Shown: positions 1-10,408 of the stretch, one piece after another
Position numbering within the stretch: position 1 is the first letter of the stretch
Layout of the letters: each line of letters starts with the position of its first letter
Assembly (NCBI GenBank): GCA_030867685.1
Contig: JAQOWU010000007.1
Location: 1,302,001-1,366,000 of the forward strand
DNA length: 64,000 nucleotides
Origin: Wickerhamiella versatilis
Lineage: Eukaryota
Direction of reading: 5' to 3'
Made by a program: the position numbers and the translations under genes
Notes under the pieces: model-generated
The model's input: only the letters and a program-made list of their open reading frames with translations
Told to the model about the DNA's origin: nothing
Databases searched by the model: none

Positions 1-111
1 GATCTCCTTTCTTCAGCACCGCCAAAACTAGGGAAGGCTGATATTTTTCTTCTTTGGTTCAATAGTTGCGTATTTACAATATATGTTAAACTTAAATAAC
101 TCTGAATCACA

Positions 112-1269
112 TTACGAAGATTGTATGGACGTTAGAACGTCGTTCAAATCTTTTTCAGTTAAGACCACTCCAGCATCGGAGCATTTAGCCCTTGTTCTCA
201 ACTCGACACAGATACCATCAATATCAATCTCTCCAAACCGAGGGTGGGCGCAGATGCGATCCCACACATCCGAGCAGGTCATGAATTTTGCATTTGACGC
301 TGGAACCTCTTCATCTTGGCTCGCACCCGATTTGGGTAATTGCTGCTGATCCTGCTGCTGAGCCTGCTCCTGCGGTCGTTGAGGCACATCTTGCGGAAAC
401 TCTGGTGCGATTTGCTCGGCCTTGTCCTCCTGGGGCGGAAAATCGAACAGGTCTTCGAGTGGATCAAACAGGCTGTAGTCATCCGCCATCAAACCTGGAA
501 GAGTTGTGTCACCACTGAAAGGATTGATGGCTGTATTACTCTCTTCAGATGGACTTTGCCATGTTGGGAATTCCGCCGCTACAGTAGGTGCCCTCACTGG
601 TATTGGCTTATCTCTGGTTCCACATGCTAATGATAAGTTTCCACAGAATTCCTCTGCTGATTGTGACTGACCAGTAACCATTTTCGGCTCCACGAAAGGC
701 AATTCGGGTTCTGGCTGGCTTTCCAACAAAGTGGGCTGAATTTGATTCTGCTGGAATAAAAACTGGGAGTTAGGTGTTGCTGGTGACGGTGCGAAGTTAA
801 AGGGAAGTTGCCAATCTTTTTGAGACTGGGTCGGCGGTATTTTCGGAGGCACGGAGCCAGTTGTGCCAGAGCCGAGGCCTGTGAGAGATTGTGGACTGGG
901 TATATATTGTCTTTTGGACGCTGGTAGATCATGTTCTACTTTGCCATTAAGTGTTGGTGAACTATCAGAAGGAGGCTTGGAATTGCCCCCTCTATACTGC
1001 TGGAGTTCCTCTTCAAGTGCCATGAGCTGAGACCTCAGCGCCATATTCGTTGATTTCCAGGATCGTGATTCTGTCTCGAGTTCTTTTAGGCGAAATTCAA
1101 GTCCCTTTAGATGCTTTTCCTTGCGTTCCCGGAACGCCCGTTGTGCTGCGCGATTCTGTGCTCTTCGCTTTGCTTCAGGCTCGTCGATACCATCAAAAAG
1201 ATCTTTTTCGTATTCATCTTTCGGCTCTGTTATGTACGGCCGTTTGATGGACCCCACAACAGCCGACAT
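112..1269 (-). CDS. YAP1: Yap1/AP-1-like redox-regulated bZIP transcription factor
   Basis: bZIP basic region KRRAQNRAAQRAFRERKEKHLK plus leucine zipper; n-CRD-like FCGNLSLACG; C-terminal PAP1/c-CRD CSDVWDRI..DIDGICVELRTRAKCS. Confidence 0.92.
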   Translation of the reverse strand: MSAVVGSIKRPYITEPKDEYEKDLFDGIDEPEAKRRAQNRAAQRAFRERKEKHLKGLEFRLKELETESRSWKSTNMALRSQLMALEEELQQYRGGNSKPPSDSSPTLNGKVEHDLPASKRQYIPSPQSLTGLGSGTTGSVPPKIPPTQSQKDWQLPFNFAPSPATPNSQFLFQQNQIQPTLLESQPEPELPFVEPKMVTGQSQSAEEFCGNLSLACGTRDKPIPVRAPTVAAEFPTWQSPSEESNTAINPFSGDTTLPGLMADDYSLFDPLEDLFDFPPQEDKAEQIAPEFPQDVPQRPQEQAQQQDQQQLPKSGASQDEEVPASNAKFMTCSDVWDRICAHPRFGEIDIDGICVELRTRAKCSDAGVVLTEKDLNDVLTSIQSS

Positions 1270-1308
1270 GGCGGTCTACTCAGTGAAGGGTGGCAAACAC
1301 GAGTTTGC

Positions 1309-1315
1309 TTACTAA
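1309..1315 (+). promoter_or_regulatory. Yap-response-element-like site TTACTAA, 40 bp upstream of the YAP1 ATG
   Basis: Exact TTACTAA in the YAP1/GDB1 divergent spacer. Confidence 0.4.
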
Positions 1316-1549
1316 CTGTGCTTAGATGATGACTGGAGCGCCATCAGACCCAGCGGGCTACTAAGAATGTGGGTATAAACCCTTGCCTCCAAGACTACAC
1401 GGCAGAGTGCGATAGATACGCCAAGAAATCATATTTAATCCTTGAACGTAAATAAAAATCTAATGGCTTGCCGCCAAATAACCCCTAACCGCCAATATCT
1501 TGAAATAGGCAGCAATTGGCAATGCTGACTCCGCGTAAGGCCCATTGAA

Positions 1550-4500
1550 ATGTCGTCCCCACCCGTCCAGGAACTCTGGCTTGAGGATGGTGTTCCTATC
1601 ACTGGACCTGGTGAGGTGCTGGTTTTGCCAGACCCCAGAAAACCGTATATTTTACGATTGCATATTGCTGCTACGTCTAAAGTCCTGAACAAAGGAACTC
1701 TTCACACTAACTTACCTCCAAAAAACACCCCATTCGATCGCTCACGGTTCTACAAGCATGACATTGGCTCTCAGGGCATTTACAATGATGCAATTATAGA
1801 CCTGGACCTGTGGCAGGGAGGTTGCTATTCAGTCTACTTAACGTATACCGCAGTTGAGGGGGATTACGGCTCAGAAAAAGCATCTGAGGCCAAGTCATCG
1901 CTCTGGTCATTTGTAGTTGAGACGAGCTTCGGTGATAATCTGGTGAGCAACGGACTGTGCGTACAAACTGTGCTTTCGAAGCTGATGAAAGGCACTGCGA
2001 GCGAATGGGGCACACAGCTTCAGACAATTGCCGACAAGGGATACAACATGATCCATTTTGTCCCCCTTCAGCCCCGGGGAGTCTCAGATTCTCCATTTTC
2101 TCTTACCGATCAACTTGGATGGGACCCGATTAAGTTCCCAAATGGCGAGGCCGATATCAAGGCATTGGTGGAGCTTCTTCAAGAACGAAACATTCTCGGT
2201 CTCAGTGACTTGGTGCTAAATCATACTGCATCAGATTCCCCGTGGCTTGCGGACCATCCTGAGGTCGGTTATTCTCCTGATACGGCTAGTCATCTCATTG
2301 GAGCTGTGGCTGTTGAGGATGCATTATTGCAGCTCAGTGAGAAAATTGAAGGCCAACGAATAGACAGTGTCGAAGATATTGACAATTTGAAGCCGTCTAT
2401 ACGGGATGCGTTGGAAAAAATCAAGTTGTGGGAATTCTATGTCGTCAATGTCGCGGATGCAGTAAAGGCAGCGGAGGAGCACCCTTATGAGGGGAAAATT
2501 CCAGGGGATCTTCCTAAGGCTCTTCCAGACCTCGCGTGGCTTTGTGAGGAAGACATTGTGAGCCTCGGTGACCGCTATAGTAGGAAAGTTAATACCTCAA
2601 AGCTCGCAGAACTTGTAGCTGGCACACCATTCACCGCCAAGCAAATTGTGGATGCTGTGAATGCCCCACTCTATGCTGAATATAACCAGGATTTAGACTG
2701 TATTGTTCAGCAAGTTACTGATCGCTTGCGATATCTTCGAATTGAGGGGAAACTCATGGCTCCAGAAATCACCAAGAAGGAACCTTTGATAGAACCCTAT
2801 TTTACGCGTGTCGGGGATAAGCCCTTGGCAAATAATGGATGGGTGTGGGGTGGTGATCCATTAGTAGATTTTGCGGGACCAGATTCCAAGGCCTACATTC
2901 GGCGCGAGGTGATCATTTGGGGTGACTGCGTGAAGCTGCGTTACGGAAAATCCAGAAGTGACTGTCCATACTTATGGGACCGTATGAGCGATTACGCTCG
3001 TATGCTGGCTACCTACTTTACGGGAATAAGAATTGACAATTGTCACTCGACACCTCTAAATGTTGGTGAATATATTCTTGATCAGGCCAGGCTTGTGAGG
3101 CCAAACTTGTATGTCGTGGCTGAGCTCTTTAGCGGATCCCAAGAGATGGATAAGCTTTACGTTGAAAGACTCGGCATTGATTCCCTTCTCCGAGAAGCTA
3201 TCCAACCTGGAAGCCCCAAGGATTTTTCGACACTGATACAGGTCAATGGTGGAAGCCCAATTGGTTCCTTGCTGGACGTCACCTCGCCCCATACCATCAA
3301 ACCACGTCCTACACATGCCTGGTTAATGGAAGTGACACATGATAATCCAATGCCGGCTGAAAAGCGTATGGTGGAGGATACATTATCCACGGCAGGACTA
3401 GTTGCTATGTGCCAGGTCGCATCTGGTTCTACGATGGGGGCTGATGAATGCTATCCTTTTCAGCTCTCTGTGGTCTCTGAAACGCGGCCATACGTTTTTG
3501 GTGGGGGAATCTCAAAGGCTAAAAGCGTTCTCAACAAGCTGCACCATGAGATGGCCTCTAAAAAGATGGTGGAGTCATATACTGACTTTAGAGGACAGTA
3601 CATAACTGTTCATCGGCTCAATCCTGAGACGGGAAGTGGTGTATTTCTTGTCGCTCGCACGGCTTTTTGGCACGACGATGAACAGAAGTTCGATCCTGTT
3701 TGGCTTGAAATGACCAAAGCAGAATTTGTTGAGGGCTGGGCGCTTGTAGTCGATGGCCCGGGCGGTGATAAAAATGATAAAGAAATCAAGCCTTTCAGCA
3801 CACATCTTGAAAATGTTGAGGGTATTGTTGATTGGGATGGGAAGAACAGTACTGTGAGACTTGGCGATAGATTCCCACAAGGATCTGTGGCCATTTTCCG
3901 GACAGAACGTGCCTTTGCCGCTGCAGAAATAGAAAAGCTCGTGCGACAACCCGCCTCCCCTGTGGTCTCCGATCTTTCCCTGATTGATCTCAATATCTTA
4001 CTTTATCGTTGTGAATCTGAGGAAAGGTGCTCAACAGATGGGAAATTTGGTGTCTATGACATTCCTGACTATGGCCCATTAGTGTATGCTGGTCTGCAGG
4101 GATGGGAATCTGTACTAAAGCCGATAGTTTTGAATAATGACCTGGGGCATGCGGTCTCTGCAAATCTACGGCAAGGTCTGTGGGCACTAAGTAATTGTGC
4201 GGACCGTTTAGAAGGATACGAAAAGTTTAAAGAGGTTATCGAATATCTCCATACGCGCTATAATGCTATTGAAAAAGTTCCGAGCTTTCTGCGTCCCCGG
4301 TATGTTGCTGCTGTTCTCCTAAAGCTCCACAGTGCTGCTGTTGATCGAGCCATCCAGCTAATGCCCTCGAAACTATCTTCTGCTGGATTTGTTAGACGAT
4401 TGGCGCTCACCAGCGTTCAAATGGTAGCCAATTTACCAAATGTGTCACTATCGCCCTTAGAAGACACACCTAGTATGGCTGCGGGGCTACCTCATTTCGC

Positions 4501-5845
4501 AGATGGCATTATGCGATGCTGGGGTCGTGACGTCTTCCTGAGCCTGGGAGGTCTACTTTTGGAAACTCACAGATTTGACGAGGCTAAGCAGCATATCCTG
4601 TTTTTTGGGGCCACCCTGAAGTATGGCTTGATACCCAATCTGTTGGACTCTGGTCGAAACCCTCGCTATAACGCCCGAGATGCGGTATGGTTTTTCGTTC
4701 AAAGTGTGCAGGATTTCTGCAAGTTCACAGAATCTTTTGAGATACTTGATGTTCCCGTGAAACGCCGCTTCCCTCTAGACGACACCTTTGTAGAGTGGGA
4801 CTCCCCAGAAGCATTCAAGCATTCATCAACCGTTGGAGAAATGGTTTTCGAGGTGTTAACCCGGCATGCGGCCTCCATAACGTTCAGGGAACATAATGCT
4901 GGGTCTGCTATAGATATGCATATGCGAGACAATGGCTTCAATCAGCATCACTGGGTTGACTGGGAGAATGGATTCATTTTTGGCGAAAATCAGGACAATT
5001 GCGGTACTTGGCAGGATAAAATGGGTGAGTCTGTGCGAGCTGGTTCCGAAGGGGTTCCTGGAACTCCCCGGGATGGTGCAGCGATTGAAATTATAGGGCT
5101 GCTGAAATCCTGTTTACGGTGGGTGAATGAAACCAGGCGCTCAGGTGGTTATGCATTTTCTGAGACAGTTACGACACAACATGGTGACAAGGTATCAACG
5201 GAGGACTGGGAGGAGCTGGTACAAAATTCCTTTGAAAAAGCATTTTGGATCCCAGTGGACTCTGCTGACGACAAAATCTACGATATTGATAGTAACTTGG
5301 TAAATCGTCGTGGTATTTACAAGGACCTGTACCGTACGGGGAAACCCTATGAGGACTATCAGTTGCGGGCCAACTTTCCGATTGCCATTGTCGTTGCTCC
5401 GGAACTCTTCGATCTGAAAAAGGTCATAAGCGCATTGTCCACTGCCGACAAGGTTTTGAGGGGGCCTGTAGGCATGGCAACGCTTGATCCTGCCGATTGG
5501 AACTACCGTCCATACTATATAAATAGCGAGGATTCAGACGACTTTGCCACTGCTAAGGGGCGCAACTATCACCAAGGCCCTGAATGGCTTTGGCCTACTG
5601 GCTTCTTTTTGCGTGCGCTTATCATGACGGACAAAAGACGATCAATGTCACCTTTAACAACAATTGCGACATTCAGAAATTGGGTTCAATATTTGGTTAA
5701 GTGGTTGTTTGACAGTCCTTGGGCTGGCTTGACAGAGCTAACCCAAAAAGATGGTCAATTCTGCCCCGATTCCTCTCCCACCCAGGCATGGTCCGGTGCC
5801 CAGCTAATAGAGGCAATTACTACACTGCCACACGTACAGGTATAG
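1550..5845 (+). CDS. GDB1: Glycogen debranching enzyme (4-alpha-glucanotransferase / amylo-1,6-glucosidase)
   Basis: Motifs DLVLNHTA, WGDCVKLRYG, GIRIDNCHSTP, AELFSGS, AAGLPHF, RCWGRDVF, NYHQGPEW, QAWS. Confidence 0.97.
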   Translation: MSSPPVQELWLEDGVPITGPGEVLVLPDPRKPYILRLHIAATSKVLNKGTLHTNLPPKNTPFDRSRFYKHDIGSQGIYNDAIIDLDLWQGGCYSVYLTYTAVEGDYGSEKASEAKSSLWSFVVETSFGDNLVSNGLCVQTVLSKLMKGTASEWGTQLQTIADKGYNMIHFVPLQPRGVSDSPFSLTDQLGWDPIKFPNGEADIKALVELLQERNILGLSDLVLNHTASDSPWLADHPEVGYSPDTASHLIGAVAVEDALLQLSEKIEGQRIDSVEDIDNLKPSIRDALEKIKLWEFYVVNVADAVKAAEEHPYEGKIPGDLPKALPDLAWLCEEDIVSLGDRYSRKVNTSKLAELVAGTPFTAKQIVDAVNAPLYAEYNQDLDCIVQQVTDRLRYLRIEGKLMAPEITKKEPLIEPYFTRVGDKPLANNGWVWGGDPLVDFAGPDSKAYIRREVIIWGDCVKLRYGKSRSDCPYLWDRMSDYARMLATYFTGIRIDNCHSTPLNVGEYILDQARLVRPNLYVVAELFSGSQEMDKLYVERLGIDSLLREAIQPGSPKDFSTLIQVNGGSPIGSLLDVTSPHTIKPRPTHAWLMEVTHDNPMPAEKRMVEDTLSTAGLVAMCQVASGSTMGADECYPFQLSVVSETRPYVFGGGISKAKSVLNKLHHEMASKKMVESYTDFRGQYITVHRLNPETGSGVFLVARTAFWHDDEQKFDPVWLEMTKAEFVEGWALVVDGPGGDKNDKEIKPFSTHLENVEGIVDWDGKNSTVRLGDRFPQGSVAIFRTERAFAAAEIEKLVRQPASPVVSDLSLIDLNILLYRCESEERCSTDGKFGVYDIPDYGPLVYAGLQGWESVLKPIVLNNDLGHAVSANLRQGLWALSNCADRLEGYEKFKEVIEYLHTRYNAIEKVPSFLRPRYVAAVLLKLHSAAVDRAIQLMPSKLSSAGFVRRLALTSVQMVANLPNVSLSPLEDTPSMAAGLPHFADGIMRCWGRDVFLSLGGLLLETHRFDEAKQHILFFGATLKYGLIPNLLDSGRNPRYNARDAVWFFVQSVQDFCKFTESFEILDVPVKRRFPLDDTFVEWDSPEAFKHSSTVGEMVFEVLTRHAASITFREHNAGSAIDMHMRDNGFNQHHWVDWENGFIFGENQDNCGTWQDKMGESVRAGSEGVPGTPRDGAAIEIIGLLKSCLRWVNETRRSGGYAFSETVTTQHGDKVSTEDWEELVQNSFEKAFWIPVDSADDKIYDIDSNLVNRRGIYKDLYRTGKPYEDYQLRANFPIAIVVAPELFDLKKVISALSTADKVLRGPVGMATLDPADWNYRPYYINSEDSDDFATAKGRNYHQGPEWLWPTGFFLRALIMTDKRRSMSPLTTIATFRNWVQYLVKWLFDSPWAGLTELTQKDGQFCPDSSPTQAWSGAQLIEAITTLPHVQV

Positions 5846-6009
5846 ATAATTTCACTATTAAATGGTAAAACTCCAGTATTTTTAAAGATCCACTATATTC
5901 AAATACCCTTATAATCAATTATTTGCCTCTTTAAAGATGCAAGGTTTGAACGATACGCGTAAACATATCACCCTAGCCCATAAGGTGTATTCTGTAAACA
6001 GGACTCAAA

Positions 6010-6549
6010 ATGGGCCGAAAGAACAAACAGGACGGGGATTTGAAGGTCTCGAAGACTCGTGAGACACAAAACACGCCCAAAAAAGAGGGAGGTCGTGCAT
6101 CCAGTGGTGGAGTGAGCCCACGCAAGGTAAGTGACGGAATAAAGCAACTTGGGCCTAATGTTGTGCGGCTGTTAAGAGAGGTATGGAGCCTGCTCGACAC
6201 AGACGGAAGCGGTGTTGATCGCTCAACCTTGCAAAATATGTTGTCGAGCCTTGGAATGGCACCAGCAGACACCATGGCAGCTCGCATGATTGAACGCACA
6301 GGAGAGCCTGTGACATTCGCTGCATTTGTTGCTGTAATGGCTGTCTCAATGGGCAACACACCTGAGAAACAGGAGCTTGACTATGCATTTAGCGCGTTTG
6401 AAGATTCTCGTGGCCTGCAGGAAGGTGAACTAAAGAGGAGTTTACAGGATGAGGGTCTCACTTCCGGGGAAATCAATGAAGTTTGGAAGAGGTATACGAA
6501 ACGAGGATCTTTTAACAAACAAGCTTTTGTGGATGCCATGGGGATCTGA
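6010..6549 (+). CDS. EF-hand protein, probable myosin II regulatory light chain (Mlc2/Rlc1-like)
   Basis: Basic/Ser-rich N-terminal extension, LREVWSLLDTDGSG degenerate EF-hand, VTFAAFVAVM, ELDYAFSAFED, FNKQAFVDAM pattern typical of regulatory light chains. Confidence 0.7.
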   Translation: MGRKNKQDGDLKVSKTRETQNTPKKEGGRASSGGVSPRKVSDGIKQLGPNVVRLLREVWSLLDTDGSGVDRSTLQNMLSSLGMAPADTMAARMIERTGEPVTFAAFVAVMAVSMGNTPEKQELDYAFSAFEDSRGLQEGELKRSLQDEGLTSGEINEVWKRYTKRGSFNKQAFVDAMGI

Positions 6550-6554
6550 TTGAT

Positions 6555-7082
6555 TTAGCCGGCACGAAGTGCCTCGGCCTCCTCAAATATGGAGTCGAGG
6601 TGGTCTATATTGGCACCTTGGCGGACTAAACGGGTAGATGCGCCTAGGAGACTCGGCAATCTAAATTTTTTATTTAGCAAAATTGCCACCAGCAGCTGTG
6701 TTCGCTCGCGCTTTAACAAATGCTCTGGGGTGACATGACGCACGACACTGGGCCACCATTTTGGTTTGGAAAGCTCCCTTTTGCTGTACGGGTGTTTACT
6801 CCGTTTTGCAGGCTCCACTTCCCTTATAAGTTCCCTAGCCAATGCTTTTGCGTGTCTCCCTGGTAGGCTGTTTAAGAGCATGTTCAACATATCATATGAT
6901 CCTTCAATCTCAGGTTCATTTGAATGGTTTCCAGCCCCCGATTGAGTCGTTTCAAGTACATCTGTATCTCCATACACGTGTATGCATCCTCGATCCTTGT
7001 TGATAGCCTCCAATTTGAAGCTAGTAAAGTCTAGGCGTACCAATAAAGTTCGAATGGCTTGTTCTCCCGCAGTATCCAGCAT
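6555..7082 (-). CDS. YDR124W-like / DUF2841 family protein
   Basis: KALARELIREVEPAKRSKHPY...KPKWWPSVVRHVTPEHLLKRER matches the family motif as I recall it. Confidence 0.7.
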   Translation of the reverse strand: MLDTAGEQAIRTLLVRLDFTSFKLEAINKDRGCIHVYGDTDVLETTQSGAGNHSNEPEIEGSYDMLNMLLNSLPGRHAKALARELIREVEPAKRSKHPYSKRELSKPKWWPSVVRHVTPEHLLKRERTQLLVAILLNKKFRLPSLLGASTRLVRQGANIDHLDSIFEEAEALRAG

Positions 7083-7693
7083 AATTAATCGCTGGATGAC
7101 TTACCTGCGTACTTATAACTATTTCTACATAATTTCACGATACTTTCCAGCAACTATATATTATGGCTTCCCGCTATTAGAACCATGTAGTATTTGTCTC
7201 AGCACTTGACCGAGCCTTTAGATCCCTTAATTATTGTTATCCCACCATAATGCTAAAGAAAGTTCACTAGTTCACTGCCTCTTAAGGTAACAGTATCATT
7301 CGAGCTTGCCTAATGAGGCAATACGCTACGTTCTTTCCGATTGTGGAAACAGGTTAGGGCCTATCCCACCCACATCTATAGCACAAAGTGCCCGGTAATA
7401 ATTGGTTTTTTTTTAAGTTTTTCACGATTAAACTGATCACAAACGTGTTGTCTACTGCCAAGGTTGATGCAGCGCTCTAATTCAAGTTTTCACCTAATAA
7501 CTTTCTCACAAATTGTTCATCGTGATATTTACCTGGAATTTGTCTAAAGAGCCGAACTCATAATTCTAGTACTTTGTTTTTACTCCCTTTTTTATATATT
7601 CAGGCTTAAAGCCATCTGAAGCAGTACTAAACACTGATATTAATTCAAGAACCACCAATGCACGTATGCCCATATTACCAAGTGTTAGTGTTA

Positions 7694-8128
7694 CTACTGA
7701 TCGACAATCAGCTCATCACATCCCCAATCCTCATAAGACCCATCTGGCAAGTAGCGCCGTACCACCAGAGGGATTTTGCGCTGTGAAAGTTCTTTCATGG
7801 CTATTTGAAGGGGATCTGTCTCACCTTCCAGTTCTACAAGCACGGGTGCATTCATGGATATTTGGAGGGCTCTCGTACCCAGAAGCCGTGCACGCTCGTA
7901 TTTTGTCATATAAGGTGTAGTGGTCCGTTTCTCTTTCGGTATGGCCAACTCTTTTTGCGTCCTCAATCTTTGACCACTGGAGACAATCTGACGGCCATCC
8001 TCAGCAAGCTGAGCAGCATTTTCGTCGTCCTCCTCATTGACTACGTCCTCAGGCTCTGAAAATTGGTCTTCAAACTCGTCGTATGCAGCCTCGAAGCCAT
8101 CATTAAACCCACCCTCGTCGTCTGACAT
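7694..8128 (-). CDS. RPB6: RNA polymerase I/II/III shared subunit Rpb6
   Basis: Acidic N-terminus; [28 protein letters not shown]...[18 protein letters not shown]. Confidence 0.98.
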   Translation of the reverse strand: MSDDEGGFNDGFEAAYDEFEDQFSEPEDVVNEEDDENAAQLAEDGRQIVSSGQRLRTQKELAIPKEKRTTTPYMTKYERARLLGTRALQISMNAPVLVELEGETDPLQIAMKELSQRKIPLVVRRYLPDGSYEDWGCDELIVDQ

Positions 8129-8156
8129 TCTGTGAGTCTGATTACGTCAGATTTCC

Positions 8157-8855
8157 ATGAATTCTGCGTCGGGGTATCGCCGGCCTGACCATTCCTGTAA
8201 AGAGTGTGGAGTGGTTTTTGACCGTCCAGCAAAATTAAGAGATCATATGAGAAAGCATACTGGGGAGAGGCCTTTTCAATGTTCTACTTGTAATGCAGCA
8301 TTTGCTAAAAAAAAGGATTTAGATTCTCACCAGTTAAGTCATACCCCATCGACAGAAAAGCCATATAAGTGTCCAAAGTGTGATAAGGGAGTTAATACTT
8401 TACAGCATCTTGAGGTCCACATGCATGTACACCGCCAATTGGTCTGTGAACTTTGTCAACGGACATTTGTACGTCAGAAAGTTTTTGAAAAGCATCGAGC
8501 AAGCCACGCAAAGTGCGAAGATTGTGACAAGTTGTTCAGAAACCGCATAGATCTGGGGACGCACATTTTTCGACAGCATCAGTGTAACTACAAATGTGCC
8601 GACTGTGGGGAAACTTTTCCTAACAACCAACGGCTCACTTGGCACGTGAAAAGGCATCAGCGGACCCGCGAAAAATTCTTGAAAGATGCCAAAAAAAATG
8701 TGGCGTTAAATGTCCGTACTCTGACGGGATTGGAATATTCACAACGCCCCTTCTCGTGCGATTGGACTGGATGCAATCACCGCTTCACACGAGAGTATGA
8801 TCTCTTGCGGCATCTAAAGAAAGGGCATGATGTTGATGTTGATGGCAACCATTAA
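8157..8855 (+). CDS. PZF1: C2H2 zinc-finger protein, TFIIIA-like (7 fingers)
   Basis: Six tandem C2H2 fingers, a spacer containing LTGLEY, then a terminal finger C-x4-C..RFTREYDLLRH; head-to-head with RPB6 as for S. cerevisiae RPO26/PZF1. Confidence 0.82.
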   Translation: MNSASGYRRPDHSCKECGVVFDRPAKLRDHMRKHTGERPFQCSTCNAAFAKKKDLDSHQLSHTPSTEKPYKCPKCDKGVNTLQHLEVHMHVHRQLVCELCQRTFVRQKVFEKHRASHAKCEDCDKLFRNRIDLGTHIFRQHQCNYKCADCGETFPNNQRLTWHVKRHQRTREKFLKDAKKNVALNVRTLTGLEYSQRPFSCDWTGCNHRFTREYDLLRHLKKGHDVDVDGNH

Positions 8856-9215
8856 TTTATAAGGTTCATGTTATGATTTGCCACGCTATGTCCCGTTCTG
8901 TTACGATTTACGATAATCTGTGTGAGATTATGATGGTAGCTGTCATAGAAGATTATTTATTTGTCTATCTATCCTTTGCATTTACAAATTGTTAGGTTGT
9001 TTAAGTTCAACAACTGGCAATTCTGTCATTTTTGAGAATGTTTCATCAGCATTATTAGCCACACTTGGATGCGTCGTCATCCTTTAAAAAAAATGTCGGA
9101 TCGCCCAACTACCTGCCTTCTCAGGATAGTTTGACTATTAACTTTGGTAAGTAAATAAGTATATAATTCAACTGAGTGCTTCGCTGTCACAATAAATAGC
9201 ATATATATGAGGATG

Positions 9216-10127
9216 CTATGGGTCAGTACGGTTCTCAAGCTCTGCAACACGCATTTCCAAAGAGTTTATTCTCTGGATAGCTGCCTCAAGTATGACAGCT
9301 TTTGAGTTGCTCGGCTGTTCAGGTGTGACCAGCCTTCCAAGATCAACAAGAGCGGCATTAATTCTTGCTCTCCGTTCCTGCTCAGCGAGTTTATGACTTT
9401 TCTTCTTGTTCCGCAAGTCTGAGACTAAGCGGTCTGGTTCGGCAAACCCTAAATGGCGGTGGGTACCTTCAATAAGGTTCTGGTAATTAGACCGGTTCAG
9501 GGCCTCTTTATCACCCTCACTTGTTTTCCGGGGCCGCGGTCGAATGCGAGGGGTTGACGACCTTGAAGGGGGGCTCATATGGGAACTTCCAACACTACCA
9601 ATGGAAGCCGCGCGCCCCTGATTAGGGAGGCGTGATGTGGTTAGAACAGCTGAATTCAACTTTTCTTCAATCTCATCTTGTCGGCCAGATGCCTCTGGCA
9701 AATCTAGATTCATCAGAGATGCCGGCGTGGCGGGTGTAAGGGGTTGTGGACGTATCATAGGACTCTGTTTCACGACCTTCCCAGGTGCCCGCTTTATTCC
9801 AACGTTGTTGCTTGTGTTATTACCAGGGAGAGGGGCAGGACTGGAGTTCACCTGGGGGCTATAAAAAGAGGGTGGCATTGAAAAATCAGGAGGCGCAGGT
9901 TCGTCTAGTCTCAAGTCCGTAGGACTCATTAACGGGGTGCCATCAGCAGCAACTGAAAGCGCAGGCGAGTAAAAGAGAGACTGGGGGTCCAGCGATCCGG
10001 GAATTGAAGGTGTATCATTGTCATGCCACATACTGCTACTGAAACGGTCTCCACTGAAACTCTCCTCAACAAAATGACCTTCTTCAAAATTGGTTTCACC
10101 GAATCTTTCCTCCGCTTGGTTTTCCAT
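9216..10127 (-). CDS. PHO4: Phosphate-response bHLH transcription factor (Pho4/Nuc-1-like)
   Basis: PATPASLM, SNYQNLIEG, KKSHKLAEQERRARINAAL...SKAVILEAAIQRI; first ATG at 10127 (the track starts at TTG). Confidence 0.82.
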   Translation of the reverse strand: MENQAEERFGETNFEEGHFVEESFSGDRFSSSMWHDNDTPSIPGSLDPQSLFYSPALSVAADGTPLMSPTDLRLDEPAPPDFSMPPSFYSPQVNSSPAPLPGNNTSNNVGIKRAPGKVVKQSPMIRPQPLTPATPASLMNLDLPEASGRQDEIEEKLNSAVLTTSRLPNQGRAASIGSVGSSHMSPPSRSSTPRIRPRPRKTSEGDKEALNRSNYQNLIEGTHRHLGFAEPDRLVSDLRNKKKSHKLAEQERRARINAALVDLGRLVTPEQPSNSKAVILEAAIQRINSLEMRVAELENRTDP

Positions 10128-10408
10128 CAATTTCTCAACTGTAGCTTATTCTTGAGACCTTTCGCTGACAAATAGCTGTGACTGAGTCAGGGACTGTTCG
10201 GGGTTGTTGTGACAATCCAAAGTTCCCCCCTACCCTTATTTTGAGATGGTCACATGGCATCAGTTGTGAGAATCATAGCATGCTACTAGTTGCGAATTTC
10301 AGCGATTTTATAGATTGAATTAATCCTATGATGTTTCTACCAGGTTCTTTTGCTAGGTTTGAGACTCATCCGAATATACCTGTAAATATATACTATTGTT
10401 ATGCTACG

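Noticed and set aside
1310-1325. TACTAAC...TTAG as a branch point and 3' splice site
   Set aside because: It is on the + strand, antisense to YAP1, with no plausible donor or upstream exon; better read as a Yap site
5955-5960. Single MCB (ACGCGT) sites here and at 62621
   Set aside because: Isolated hexamers are expected by chance; no clustering
6127-6132. GTAAGT donor-like site in the light-chain ORF
   Set aside because: The unspliced frame is open and fits the regulatory light chain pattern; no convincing branch point/acceptor pair
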